This document shows, piece by piece, positions 10,410-23,015 of a DNA stretch of 64,000 bases. The notes beneath the pieces were generated by a model, which made no database searches, was not told the origin of the DNA, and saw only the letters and a program-made list of their open reading frames with translations. Every line of letters begins with the position of its first letter. The stretch's first letter is position 1. The stretch is from Eledone cirrhosa (Eukaryota): contig OZ024747.1 in NCBI GenBank assembly GCA_964016885.1, forward strand, positions 35,774,001 through 35,838,000, in the 5' to 3' direction. The position numbers were made by a program, and so were the translations under genes.

Positions 10410-13400
10410 CTCCTTGAGTCTCAGTCATTGATGTTAGTTAACTGGAAAGTTTGTTGGAATGAATATCAAGCCACTACCTGCAGCTTCAGATATTCAGGAC
10501 GTATCGGAGGGTTCTTGCTGTTCCCAGCAAGCATGCCTTTTGAAGCGTTCCAAAAAGCGTGAAGGGGCCGATTTTCTTTAACCATCCCTGGAAACTTTTG
10601 GAGAGGTCCCCAGTGCGCCTATGACAATCGGGATCACTTTGACTTCATGGCAGTTCCAAATCCTTTTTACCTCCCACTTTAAGTCCTGGTATCGGTTAAT
10701 TTGCTCCCTCTCCTTCTCTTGCTCTCTCGTGTTGAATGGGCAGGGCACATCCACAATCAGGCACGATCTTTTTTCTTTGTCCACAACCACCAGGTCAGGT
10801 CTATTGTGTTCCAGTTTTTCTTCCGTCTGTATCCTTAAATCCCACAGCACCTTCACCTGATTGTTCTCCATCACCGCCTCTGGCCTATGCTCATACCATT
10901 TCTCAGAATGTGGTGAATTGTTTACTTTGCACAGGTGCCAGTGGATCACCCTGCCCATCACATCATGTCTCCATCCCTAATAGTGGGTCTGGGCTAGGTG
11001 TTTACACTCGGACACAATGTGAGCCACAGTCTCCTCTCTCTCTCCACAGATCCTGCACAGTGGGCTAGCCTCCTCCTTGTAAATATGGTGCTTCAACCAC
11101 TTCGTTTTGAGGGCCTGCTCCTGCGCAGCCATTAGCATTCCTTCTGTAGCCTGTTTGAGGTCTCCTCTTCTCAACCAGTTCCATGTCTGTGGATCTCTAA
11201 ATTCAGTTTTCTCAAAGAAGGTACTATGAAGGGATTTTCCCTTAAGGCTGCTCTTCCTCCTTGATGTTATTTCCTCCTTGGACATCCCCTGGCCTACTGT
11301 CCCCTCCTTCAGTACAGTTCTGAGCATTGGCTCCTTACTATAGGTCACGTATTTGTATAGGTTGTTTTTCTCCATCTGAACACAGTCCTCTATGCTGATA
11401 AGACCTCTTCCACCCTCAGATCTCCTTAGGTAGAGTCTATCGACATCACTCCTCTTGTGGAACATGTTGTAGATAGTCAATAGCTTCCTAGTCTTCCTAT
11501 CCGTTTCTTTTTGTTCAGGAACATTCCATCTCAGAATTCCCGCACTGTACCTAATAATAGACACAGCTCGGGAATTTACTGCGCTTATGGCATTTCTGCT
11601 GTTCAGATGTGACTTCAATACGCTCCTTACTCTCCGAATGTATTCAGTTCTTAACAATTCCTTCATTTTTTTGTTCTTTATGACATCAGCCTCCAGAACG
11701 CCCGAATACTTGTATCCTTCCTCAGAGTCAATTTCCTTTATCATCTCACCTGATGGTATCTGGATTCCGTTACTTCTGCTCAACCTACGCCTCTTCATCA
11801 CAATGACTCCACAATTACTAATACCAAATTGCATACATATATCACTGCTGAAAATACGGACAGTGTCAACAAGCACATCCAACTCCTTCTCACTCTTCCC
11901 GAAGAGCTTAAGATCGTCCTTGAAGAGGAGGTGATTGATGGTAAGCCCTCCCTTTCCCAACCTGTATCCTGCTCTCACTTTTCGCAGTACACTGGTCAGG
12001 GGCATCAGGGCAAGGACAAACAACAGAGGGGACAGGCTATCTCCCTGGAAGATACCTCTCTTGATCTTCACGCTTCCCAAGGATTCTCCAGTTGATGTCA
12101 ACTCTGTTTCCCAGGACCTCATACTCCTGCCCAGCAACTGTCTGATGTTATCAGCCACCTTGATGATCTCCAGGCTTTTGGTGATCCAAGAATGAGCCAC
12201 CATGTCAAATGCCTTACTGTAGTCTAACCATCCCATGGCAAGATCAGTGTGTCTCCTCCTGCAATTCCCCATTACCATCTTATCAATAAGTAACTGGTCC
12301 TTTTTACCACGTGACTTCTTTCGGCATCCTTTCTGTTCGTCCGGTAACAAGTTGTTTGTGTGGAGGTGATGGTAGATTTCCTCAGACACAATGCTCGTCA
12401 ACAGTTTCAACATTACAGACAGACATATGATAGGTCTATAGTTGGTAACATCATTACCCTTGATTCGGTCTTTCATCATCAGAACTGTGGTACCTTTTGT
12501 CAACCACTCTGGTACCTCACCTGACACCAAGCAGTCATTGAACATTGTTGTCAGTTTCGGGTGGAGGGATGTTATATGTTTAATCCAATACCCCTGCACA
12601 CCATCTAGGCCTGGTGATTTCCAGTTGGTTAGTTTTTGGCCTGCCCCTTAAGAGTTTCAACTGTGATACTCAAATCAGTTTGTTGGTGTGCCTGCTCACC
12701 GATCTTCTTCTGTACTGTCTCAACCCACACTGCCTGGTCATTATGTCTAACATCCTGCTCCCATATTCCTCTCCAGAATGCTTTAGTTTGTTCCGCCCCA
12801 GGGATCAAGTCGTTGTCTCTTTCTTTCCTCTCAAGCTGTCCAAACAGCATCTTCTGGTTGTTGTCGAACATGCGGTTCTGTTTATACTGACTGACTCTGT
12901 TCTCGTATCGCCTGATTTTTGCACTCTTTGCTACAATGCGTTGCTTCAGTTCCTCTATGATCATATTTAGCTTTTTACTCCTAGTTTTGTACTTTATTTC
13001 CAGTCTATTTTTAGTGTCTATGTTTTTTAGTGTCCCATTCAGTAGGGACTCAAGGTTTCTAATGTCATTTATCATTTCCCTGATTTGACCACTCAGTCGT
13101 TTCTTCCACCAAGGCTCTGCTCTTTCTCGTCTGTTGTTTCCTCTCGCTTTTATACCAAGTAGTTTCCTCACCGTATTTGCTGTTGCGTTGAGGATATTGT
13201 TGCACTGGTGAAGGCTCCTCGCCTCAAGGTATGGGATGACTTTGTTTACCTTAGCTGTTGTTTCTTTTAACTTTTTCCTGTCTACAAATCTTAGGTTCAT
13301 AGATCTCCCACTATCATTGTTCAATTCATCTACCACTAAGTTTAGTATATCTTCCAAATCTTGTCCTAGCCCGTCAGCATTCATCTCCTCAGTGGCCGTA

Positions 13401-14947
13401 TCTCTGTTCCAGGTATTATTTATCTCAGCATTCAGATCATTGTCTGTTTCGGGTGGTTCCTCCGTTCTCTCGACCTCTTCACCTTCATTTCCCACTGGCT
13501 CGTTTGCCTGGCATACTCCACCCGCCATCTCCAAGCTAATCTCTTTGTTCAGTTCCTCCAGTTCCAGCTCGCTTATCCACCCATTAGTTCTTATTACACG
13601 AGCCTGCCCGGCCAGTTTTTGTTCATCTAATTTAAATAGACCAATCTCGTTCCAGATGTTATGCATCCGTCTCCTGTAGCCCCTCTCCTTGGGGTTACTT
13701 TATAGGTAACATTGCATAACAGTTCTATTCAATTCTTTCGTCCAGTTGGTTCTGGCCCCTTTCCTTCTTCTTCTTCCTCCAACATCAGCAGTATTTGGTT
13801 GACAGTCAGGTTCCTGCTGCTGAGCCAGGGGGGCACCTGTTGGGTGAGAGTCTGTCACATGACGTTCTAGTCTCCATTTCACCGTTATTCGAACTGTTTA
13901 TGTTCGATATTTAAACACTCTTATCGAGGATTGGCGAATGTATAGTTACATAGCTATCTGTGGATTCGCCGTTCCACTTGGCCCTTGTGTGGCATTATCA
14001 CCACGCTGTATACGAACACACATAAACAAACAAACACACAGGCAGAAAGGGCCCCAAAAATGAATAAGCATAAGTTTCATTGTATTGTAGTGTTCGAATG
14101 TCTGACTTAGTTTTTGTTTTTTTAGTTTTAGTTCTTCCCCCCCTCTTCTCTGTCCGTCCGCCTGCTTCTCTCTTCATTCTTATTTTCTTTACGTTTTTTG
14201 TTTTTTTTTTGTTTTTGTTTTTCTCTGTTTGTTTTTCTCGTTTTTTGCTGTTGTTGCTGTGCTGCTTTGGTTTTGTTGTTTGTTTTTTCTTTTTTTCTTT
14301 TGAGTCTATCTATATATTTTGATGCCTTCCTCTTTTTTAGTAGTAGGAATTCTATAATGTGGTGGCAGCCGCCAGCTGGGTGAAGTGGGTGACTGGCGGC
14401 GGTAGCGATACTGAGACAGTGGTGGTGGTGATGTCGATACCGAGGCAGTGGTGATCAGTGAAGGAGTGAAGAGTGGTGGCGGCGGTGATGAGATAGTGGT
14501 GGTAATGATGGCAGTAGTGAGCGGTGGTGGTGAAATTGCCGTTATCTGGCTATTGTGTTTAGTGTACACAGGTGATGAGGTGGGTGGTGTATCTAGTTTC
14601 TGGTGTTGGTGAGTTTGGCTGTTCCATATAGTGTATCTAGTTTCTGGTGTTGGTGAGTTTGGCTGTTCTATATAGTGTAGACATAGGAGAGGAGGGGGGG
14701 GGGTTCTTCTTCCATTTATAGCCATTTTCTTTTTTGGATATACAGTGTACAATACAAAGTTGAATATTTGAATATATGAGCCTTATAACAATATATTTTG
14801 GGTCCGAATTTTTTTGGGCTCAAGCCGGGTGCTTTACGTAGCATTTGTACTAAGAGTTGTTATTTCACAAATGATTTAAATATGTTAAAAATTCAAAACT
14901 TACGGGAGCGATTTCATGACCTCCGCCACCTCGTGCGTCTTCTTCCC
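10410..14947 (-). mobile_element. Apparently full-length R4/Dong-type LINE (copy D2, family A) with a ~1-kb 5' leader
   Basis: ORF pieces 13700..13882 (RTNWTKELNRTVMQCY), 12629..13666, 10977..12599 (RT, catalytic motif FKDD) and 10578..10961 (RLE). Bounded by (TTA)n at both ends. Confidence 0.9.

Positions 14948-15013
<66 letters not shown>
14948..15013. repeat. (TTA)n
   Basis: Read directly. Confidence 0.98.
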
Positions 15014-15014
<1 letters not shown>

Positions 15015-15415
15015 AGTTGCATATATCTTGCTTTATGTTCGTACGAGTTATCACCAAGTCACAACCAGTCACCTCAAGAGACAACAAGGTCCGCCATGTT
15101 CAAGAAGGAACATACATACTCACACATGCATCTTTAGTGTTTAGACTTGTGATGTACTTATATTGACAGAATCTTCCTTAGTATATGGGCAGTTCCCATT
15201 AGTACTATCTTTTGTATTTCTCTTATACGCGGGTTTCCTGGGATTTGCGATAAGTAATCACTAGACCCCTTAGCTATAGGACTGCACATTGAAATTATAT
15301 GGTCAATGGTCTCTGGTTGTTTTTTACATACAGGGCATAATGGGCTGCATCCATTTTTTATTATGTTGGGTTGGTAATTTTTTGTTGGCAGATCTTGTGC
15401 TGATATAATCATATA
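15014..15415 (-). mobile_element. 3' fragment of a second Dong/R4 family (family B), internally deleted
   Basis: Translates to SAQD..CPVCKKQPETIDHIISMC..IQKIVLMGTAHILRKILSI*; nearly matches parts of 23017..23640; 3' end abuts (TAA)n. Confidence 0.85.
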
Positions 15416-15488
15416 TTCTTCTTCTTCTTCTTCTTCTTCTTCTTCTTCTTCTTCTTCTTCTTCTTCTTCTTCTTCTTCTTCTTCTTCT

Positions 15489-15535
<47 letters not shown>

Positions 15536-15563
15536 TTCTTCTTCTTCTTCTTCTTCTTCTTCT
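15416..15563. repeat. (TTC)n/(GAA)n tract, probably the tail of the adjacent RTE fragment
   Basis: About 49 units read directly. Confidence 0.95.
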
Positions 15564-16020
15564 TTGGACACTTATTTCTGAGAGGGTGGTGTGGCGGCAG
15601 ACTCCTCAAACACACCTTCCTCTAAGTTCTCTTAGAGGCAACCGTTTTCGACAGATCCGATTCGAATCCCAAGCGAGACCAGCCGTGCTCATGGATGTTA
15701 TCCGACCACTTTACTAGCAGTCTACCTCACTGTCATCTTCCGACTGGTTTTGCCTGTAAAATCTGTCCATCGATACGTACCGGAGACATTCTAACCGCAT
15801 ACCCGTCATAGCTGTGATGTCTCAAATCGGAGTAGTAACATCTCCGCTTGGAGTTATTCTCTGAACACCGAGTTACGCACTCTATCAAGTAATGTTACTC
15901 CAAAGATCCTTCGGAGGAAAGCCATTTCGGCCGCTTGTATTCGCCATCGTAATCTATCGGTCATTACCCAAGTTTCATGACCATATGTAAGTGTTGGCAC
16001 GAATACCAAATTGAAGTATC
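15564..16020 (-). mobile_element. RTE-clade LINE 3' fragment, decayed
   Basis: Manual minus-strand translation VFVPTLTYGHETWVMTDRLRWRIQAAEMAFLRRIFGVTLLDRVRNS is typical of the RTE post-RT region; ends in (GAA)n. Confidence 0.8.
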
Positions 16021-16444
16021 ATAATATTAAAAACAAAATTAAAAGTACATTTTTTGTTTTATATTAGACTAGATAATTTTGGAGAATGTAAAGTTTTCGC
16101 CTACATAAACAGGTGTGTGTATGTGCGCGTGATATATGTTTGTGTATATATGTGCAATGCTGCATATTCATATGTGTTTGCACTTGGCTATATCAAAATC
16201 GATGTTAGAATGCACGTATAGATGGGACGTTGCTAATGGCAAACATTTAGTCGACTAAAGGAATTCGTTGTTGTTAAGTATTGTGCATTTGTTTTAATTT
16301 AATTTAATTTTTTTTTTGCAATGCTATTGCCAAACTCTAAATTTTGTTGAAGAAATCGTATGGAGAAGTACTGATTTCGCCATAAATTTTCAAGCTGTTC
16401 AACTGTCTTCGTTTTTGTAGTTGTTGGTGCTAGTACGGAGTTAA

Positions 16445-17216
16445 ATATCATAATGAAATAACAGGTGGCTGGAGTTGTGTAAATCCTTGAAAGGTTTATT
16501 ATACTATGATCATTTCAATGACCCGGTTTCGTATGAAGCCGGTGATATCATCAGGTAGTCGCAATATAATAAATGAATGTAATAGATAAAATCCATGGGG
16601 CTGAAGATCATAGACCCGAGGATGACCGACCATCTAGCACCCTCCACTTTAGCCGGTCGCCCTCAAGTGCTGGCAATTCGGTCTACTTGAGGCCATCTGG
16701 TGATGGGCCAATGGTTATAGTGTGCTACTACACTCCCGGTCAAATAGAAGAAAAACAGAAAGGAAGAGGAAGACCAGTCAGCGTTAATATCACGCTACAA
16801 GAAAAAAGACAAAAAGAAAGAGGAAGAAAAAGAAGAAGAAAAGTCAGCGTTAGTGTCAAGCTACAAGAAGAAAGACAGAAATAAAGAGGAAGAAAAGTTC
16901 GTCCTGATGTACTGCTACAGTCAGGCCAGGAATGCCGCGAAAAAATTTATTCTAAAGGACCCGTATCTTAACAGAGGTATATATTATAATAGAGGTAAAT
17001 ATAGTGGGCGAAGGCTAAAGTGGAGGATGCTAGATGGTCGGTAGTCCTCAGGTCTATGGTTTTCAGCCCCATAGATTTTATCTATTACATTCATTTATTA
17101 TATTTCGATTACCTGATGACATCACCTGTGTCATACGGAACCCGGTCATTGAAATGATCATAGTATAATAAACTTTTCAAGGATTTACACAAGTGCAGCC
17201 TCCTGTTATTTCATTA

Positions 17217-17222
<6 letters not shown>
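16445..17222. repeat. Fold-back element with ~218-bp inverted arms (16445..16662, 17006..17222) containing a hammerhead-like motif
   Basis: Arms are imperfect reverse complements. The left arm minus strand reads CTGATGA..GAAACCGGGTC. The right arm ends in (TA)n. A third family copy lies at ~38855..38985. Confidence 0.85.
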
Positions 17223-17300
<78 letters not shown>

Positions 17301-17305
<5 letters not shown>

Positions 17306-17587
17306 GGTACTAACATGTGCTTACACTGTATTTGACTAAATAGAATTAGTCAGTTTGTTGGGATTCCCAAAATACCTCTGAATGGAAAAAAAGTATGACT
17401 ATTAACATTCAGTGGTAACGAGCACTCATCTTTGGTCCGGCAAACGAAAGATGTGTTTTCATGTTCCATATACGTCAATACTCATCCTTTTTTTTGTTTT
17501 CATTCAGAGGGTTCTTTTCTAAATCCCACCGAACAGACTAATTCTATTTAGTGAAATACGGCGTAAGCATATGTTACTACCTAATTT
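17301..17587. repeat. Imperfect inverted repeat (~105-120-bp arms) next to (TA)n 17219..17300; MITE-like or fold-back
   Basis: AATTAGGTACTAACATGTGCTTAC... pairs with ...GTAAGCATATGTTACTACCTAATT. Confidence 0.8.
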
Positions 17588-17797
17588 TCAAATTTGCTAG
17601 CCGTTTCTAAGCAAAGCCTGCTTTGTGTCTCCCAGTATACAGCCCCCCCCCCCCCCCCCACACACACACTCACACGTTTCAACAGCTAGATTTATCTGTT
17701 GAAACGGCCGGAGCTCAGTTGTCAGGGACCTGAATTTGTTCATATTACCCTCTCTACTACACCAAGTATCGCGTACTCTGGTGTATAATGATCTAAT

Positions 17798-19127
17798 GCG
17801 GTGTTTCTCAACGAGGCCCTAGGTCCTCTCTCGTAGTCATATGGAAATGTTGTTGGGCATAGGAAATGTTGGGTGGCCATATGATATTAATGGAGCATTT
17901 TAAACAATAAAGTGTAAGAATACACCTTATTGTTTCAAATGCTCCAGTAATAGCATATGGCCACCCAATTTAGGGAGAAAGTTTGCTGACATGTGATGTT
18001 TGCCAGAACGCATGTGATTGCTAAGAAACTTGCTGACGTACGAGTGTATGCACGCTTTCTGTCTTCATATCCAGCCACAATGCGTGACCATGACCGTAAC
18101 GTCGTGAAACTTTCTGGCCAATATGTAACGTCAACCTGTGGCTGCAGCTCATGAATATCGACTGACCTGCTTAGATGACTGCTGATTTCAAACCACGCCG
18201 AGTTTAACTTTGCCTTTCATCCTTACGGGGTCAATAAAATAAAGTACCAGTAATATACTGGAATACTTGCTGGCCTTGTGCCAAAAGTAGAAACAATTAT
18301 TAACCCATCACATTTCACAAATATAAGGATCGTCCATACCAGTGGAGACATTTAACATCCGATTGCTCACAAATATCTTACCTATGGCATCAAATAAGAA
18401 TAAAGTACGGCAATATAGAAACGATTATTTGAAATTCGGTTTCACTGAGGCACCTCATGATTGTCGATTGCCTATGTGTTTTCTCCGACATCAAACTCTG
18501 AGCAACGACGACTCTTACAACACTTCAATGCGAAGCATGGAGACAAGTCATCAAAGCCACTTTCATACTTCCAAGATCTTCAAAGGAAAGTTTGCTGCCT
18601 GTATCTCAATGTTTTTTCTAAAGTAGCCGAAAAGAAGGATAAATCATTAATAGCGAGCTACGAACTTTCAAAATCGATTGCCAAGTGTGGAAACCCCTAT
18701 ACGATAGGTGAGCAGTTAATTAAACCAGCCATTTCTGTGTTTTTACACACTTATATATCACGTAGACGGCTCAGTGCTCCGGCTTATGCTGCTCAGTAAT
18801 GACATAATATGGCAACGAATCTTTAAGATGTCCTTTGATGTGGAACATCAGTTTTACAAATATATTCGAGAAATACGTTTTTCACTTCAGCTCGATGAGT
18901 CAACCTTTTGTGGAAGCCGGTCTGTACTTCTGGCATATGTCAGATTCCAAAACGATGATGCTTTTCGAGAGGAAATAATTTTTTGTCGTGCTTTTGAAAC
19001 TACGAGAGCTTCAGATGCATACGACCTTGTGATGTCGTACTTATCAGAAAACAAGATTCCTATTGCATCCGTTACATCATGTGCAGCAGAAGGCGCACTC
19101 GCAATGTTGGGTAGACACAATAGCTGG
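17798..19127 (+). mobile_element. hAT (Charlie/Buster, ZBED5/SCAND3-like) DNA transposon remnant, 5' half
   Basis: Broken ORFs from 18384: MASNKNKVRQYRNDYLKFGF, YTIGEQLIKPA, FSLQLDEST. TIR-like CGGTGTTTCTCAAC at ~17799 and a ~100-bp subterminal hairpin at 17869..17968. Cut off by the RTE at ~19128. Confidence 0.8.
18140..18301 (+). mobile_element. tRNA-derived SINE with Nin/Deu-like core, inserted in the hAT remnant
   Basis: Core GCCTTTCATCCTTACGGGGTCAATAAAATAAAGTACCAG and 3' end GGCCTTGTGCCAAAAGTAGAAACAATTATT; same family as the copies at 46.4-46.9 kb and 51.5 kb. Confidence 0.8.
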
Positions 19128-21990
19128 GTAGGGATTTTAACACATGGAATGTAATGGGAAGGCAAGGTGGGAAAGTGTAACAACAATGGTATGCTCCTGC
19201 TGTAGATGTGTGAGGAGCTGGATCTGTGTGTTACCAACATCATGTTCCAACAAAAGGCCAAATTTAAGAATACATGGATGCATCCTGCATCTAAGCAATG
19301 ACATCTTTTGGACTACGTCCTAGTCACGATGCGTGACAGACAGGATATGCAGTGTGTTCGTGCTCTTCGTAGAGCTGAGTGCTGGACGGACCACCGCCGG
19401 GTACGCGCAAAAGTGAAACTAATTACTAAACGTAAAATCCGGGCTCCTGGTGCTGCCCTGACCAGAGTTTGAATGCGGCTCGTCTTAAGGATGAAAATGT
19501 GAAGAGGACATTGCGAGAAGAGATACAGGTTGCAGAAATTGGTGAGGATTGGCCGACCCATAAAAAGTCAGTTTATGATGTAGGCAGGCGTGTTCTAGGA
19601 TTGGTGCAGAGAAAACATCAATATTGGTTTAATGAGAATGATGAACATATAGGAGACTTGTTGACTGAGAAGAGGCGTGCTGCCACGCTACTTGACAGAA
19701 AACCACAGGAGAAGAATATGTTCCACGAGGAACTAAAGGATGTGAAATCACGTGTTAGGCGGAGACTTTCTCAGATGAAGGATCAGTGGTGGAGTGAGAA
19801 GGCTGATGAGATACAAACTGCGTCAGATTCCAATAACACAAAGCTGTTGTACTGTCTCTTGCGTGGTGAAGTTTGTGGACCGTCTTCTTCTCTGGTGACA
19901 CCGCCTCGCAGCAAGGATGGCAAAGAAATTCTTCGTGACTCACAAGGAATTATACGAAGGTGTCGAGAGCACTTTCATGGGCTTTTGAATTAGCCATCTG
20001 TCATCAATGAAGATTTCCTCAATCTCATTCCAGAAAGTCCTGTGAAAGTAGCTCTCGCAGAACCTCCGAAACCTTTGGAGGTTGCTGTGGCTATCTCAAA
20101 GCTGAACAGTGGAATGTCTCCAGGTATAGATGGCACACATGCAGAGCTCCTGCAATATGTTAGTGAGAGACTCCTGCAACATCTTCACTCTTTGTTTGGC
20201 AGGATATGGGCTAATGAATCCGTACCTGAGGACTGGAGAAATGCAGTAATGGTGGTCTTGTATAAGGAAAATGATAACAGGAATGATTGTGGGAACTACA
20301 GAAGTATATCATTGCTTTCTGTCGTAGGGAAAGTTTTATGTAGGGTGCTTCTGAACCGTCTGCTGACACATATTGCAGATTTTGTTCTTCCTGAAAGTCA
20401 ATCTGGTCTGATCTTCCCAGCTAGACAGCTCCAGAAGTACACGGAACAATGTTTGGATCTGTATCAGGTTTTTGTCGATCTGACAAAAACTTTCGATACT
20501 GTTAACAGAAATGTATTATGGAAGGTTCTCTAGAGACTTGGTTGCCCTATGAGTTCCTTGCTTTAGTTAGGTCTTTCCATGACGACATGAAGGTTTGGGA
20601 TAATGTCGGAGCCTATCTCAGTAAAAAATGGAGTGAAACAGGGGGATATTCCAGCACCGACCCTGTTTGCCATATACTTTGCATTGGTTTTCTATATTGC
20701 ATTCAGGAATTGCGAGGATGGTGTTTACATCCGATATCGAACCTCAGGCAGCATATTTAACATCAGGCGCGTTGCTGCAAAATCAAAAGTATTTACATCA
20801 ATCATAAGAGACCTCTTGTATGCAGATGATTGCGATCTTGTAGCGTACACAGAGAGTGATATGCAGCACATTTTGACTGCATTTTCTGATGCTTCCAGTT
20901 CCCTAGGATTGACTCTCAGTCTCAAGAAAACCGTCGTCATGTACCAACCTGCCCCTGGTAAGCAATACAGTGAACCTAATATCTAAGTGTATGGTAAACG
21001 ACTGGGAGTGGTTGATCAGTTTATCTACCTGGGAAGCACTGTCAATCGATACAGCAACCTTGATAATGAAATCCCACTCAGGATTAGGAAACAATTGATG
21101 CTTTCGGAAAGCTAGAAAGGCGACTATGGTGTCGGCGAGACATATGCAAGAAGACAAAGGTAAAGGTGTACAAGACATGTGTGCTCTCTTCTTTTATTTA
21201 TGCCTTCGAAACCTGTGTCACATATCGACAACAACTTAAGCAATTGGAGCGTTTCTATCAGATGTGTCTCAGAGGGATCCATGACGTTCACTGGAGGGAG
21301 CACGTCAGTGATGTCGAGACTTTGGGAAGCTCTCTGTGTGACAGCTTAGAAGCTCTTGTGCTTAAGCAACGACTCCGTTGGAGTGCTCACCCTGCCAGGA
21401 TGAAGGATACTAGAATACCAAAACAATACATTTATGGAGAGTTAATTAAAGCAAAACGGCCACCACATAAACACAAAAAGAGGTATAAGGATTTCTTAAA
21501 AGCCTCTTTAAAAGACGGTAACATCTCTGCTGATAAATAGGAAAATGTTACTGCTGATCGTAAGAAATAAAAGCTATATATGATAGGAAAGTTGCCTCTG
21601 AGGCCTGTCGAATCGCATACGAGAAAGTAAAGCGGGATGTGAGGAAGGGCATTGCTGTTGCACTTCCTATGGTGCTGACATGCAGCATCTGTGCGAGACT
21701 CTGCCTAAGCAAAGATGGACTCGAAAGTCATCTTTGCAGTCATAAAGTAAGACCAGTGGTTGACTACCAGGATGCTGTTGGAGATGCTACTCATCGTGCT
21801 TGCCAAGCATATGGTAGAGAATGTAAATCAGCAGGAGGGCTCAACCAACATGCAAAAGTACAGGAACTCCAACCACAGCCGGCTATTCCCAGTGATTGTT
21901 TTGGTTGCCAACACTAAGCGAGACATTTTAGATCATTGGCTGAGCTAAAAAGCCACATTCGATCGCAGCGCTGTTAATTGCTATCGTGTG
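19128..21990 (+). mobile_element. RTE (BovB-like) LINE, 5'-truncated and decayed
   Basis: APE tail (GKCNNNG..TWMHP..HLLDY), RT (NYRSISLLS, FVDLTKTFD, GVKQG, LYADD) and C-terminal C2H2-like fingers (CSICARLCLSKDGLESH); many stops and frameshifts. Confidence 0.88.
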
Positions 21991-22039
21991 TGTAGATATG
22001 TTTATGTGAGTGCGTGTGTGTGTATATATATATGTATAT

Positions 22040-22102
22040 TATTATTGTTGTTGTTGTTGTCATTATTATTATTGTTGTTATTATTATTATTATTATTATT
22101 AT
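22040..22102. repeat. Mixed (TTA)/(TTG)n tract at the 3' end of D3
   Basis: Read directly. Confidence 0.93.
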
Positions 22103-23010
22103 CATTTTTTGAGTCTCAGTAAATGATGTTATTTTACTGGAAAATTTGTTGAAATTAATATCAAGCGCTACCTGCAGCCTCAGATATTCAAGACGTATCG
22201 AAGGGTTCTTTTTGGTCTCAGCAAGCATGTCATTTTAAGTGTTCCAAAAAGCGGGGCTGGACTAATTTTCTTTAACTATCCTTGGAAACTCTTTGAGATA
22301 GTACCTAGTGCGCCTATGACAATCGGGACGACGCTGACTTCATGGCAGCTCCAAATCCTTTTTACCTCCCATTTTAAGTCCTGGTATTGTTTAATTTTCT
22401 CCCTCACCATTTCTTGCAGTCTCTTGTCAAATGGGCAGGCTACATTTACAATAAGGCACGATCTGTTTTCCTTGTCCAAAACCACCAGGTCAGGCCTATT
22501 GTGTGCCCGTTTCTTGTCCGTCTGTATCCTAAAATCCCATAGCACCTTCACCTGATCCTTTTCTATCATCCACTCTGGCTTCTCAGAATGTGGTAAATTG
22601 TTTACTTTGCATAGGTGCCAGTGGATCACCATTCTTATCACATCATGTCTCCAGCCTTTATAGTGAGTCCGGGCTAGGTGTTTAGACTCGGATACAATGT
22701 GAGCCATAGTCTCTTCTCTCTCTCCACGGATCCTACACAGTGGGCTAGCCTCCTCCTTGTAAATATGGTGTTTCACCCACTTCGTTCTGTAGCTTTTTTA
22801 AGGTCTCCTCTTTTTAACCAGTTCCATGTCTGAGTATCTATAAATTCAGTTTTCTCAAAGAAGGTACTATGAAGAGATATTTCATGAAGGTTGCTCTTCC
22901 TCCTTGTTGTTATTTCCTCCTTGGATATCCCCTGGTCTCTTGTCCTCTCCTTCAGTACAATTCTGAGCATTGGCGCCCTACTGTCAGTCACGTATTTGTG
23001 CAGGTTGTGA
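22103..23010 (-). mobile_element. Dong family A 3' fragment (copy D3), diverged
   Basis: ORFs 22276..22776 and 22773..22991 are homologous to the D1 zinc finger/RLE region; same 3'UTR. Confidence 0.9.
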
Positions 23011-23015
23011 TGTAT

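Noticed and set aside
14798-15615. Poly-L, poly-Y, poly-E and poly-K ORFs (also 1906..2130 and 10275..10562)
   Set aside because: Read-through of (TTA)n and (TTC)n tracts.
16220-16420. Possible mariner transposase N-terminal remnant
   Set aside because: Too short and decayed; no TIR or catalytic motif found.
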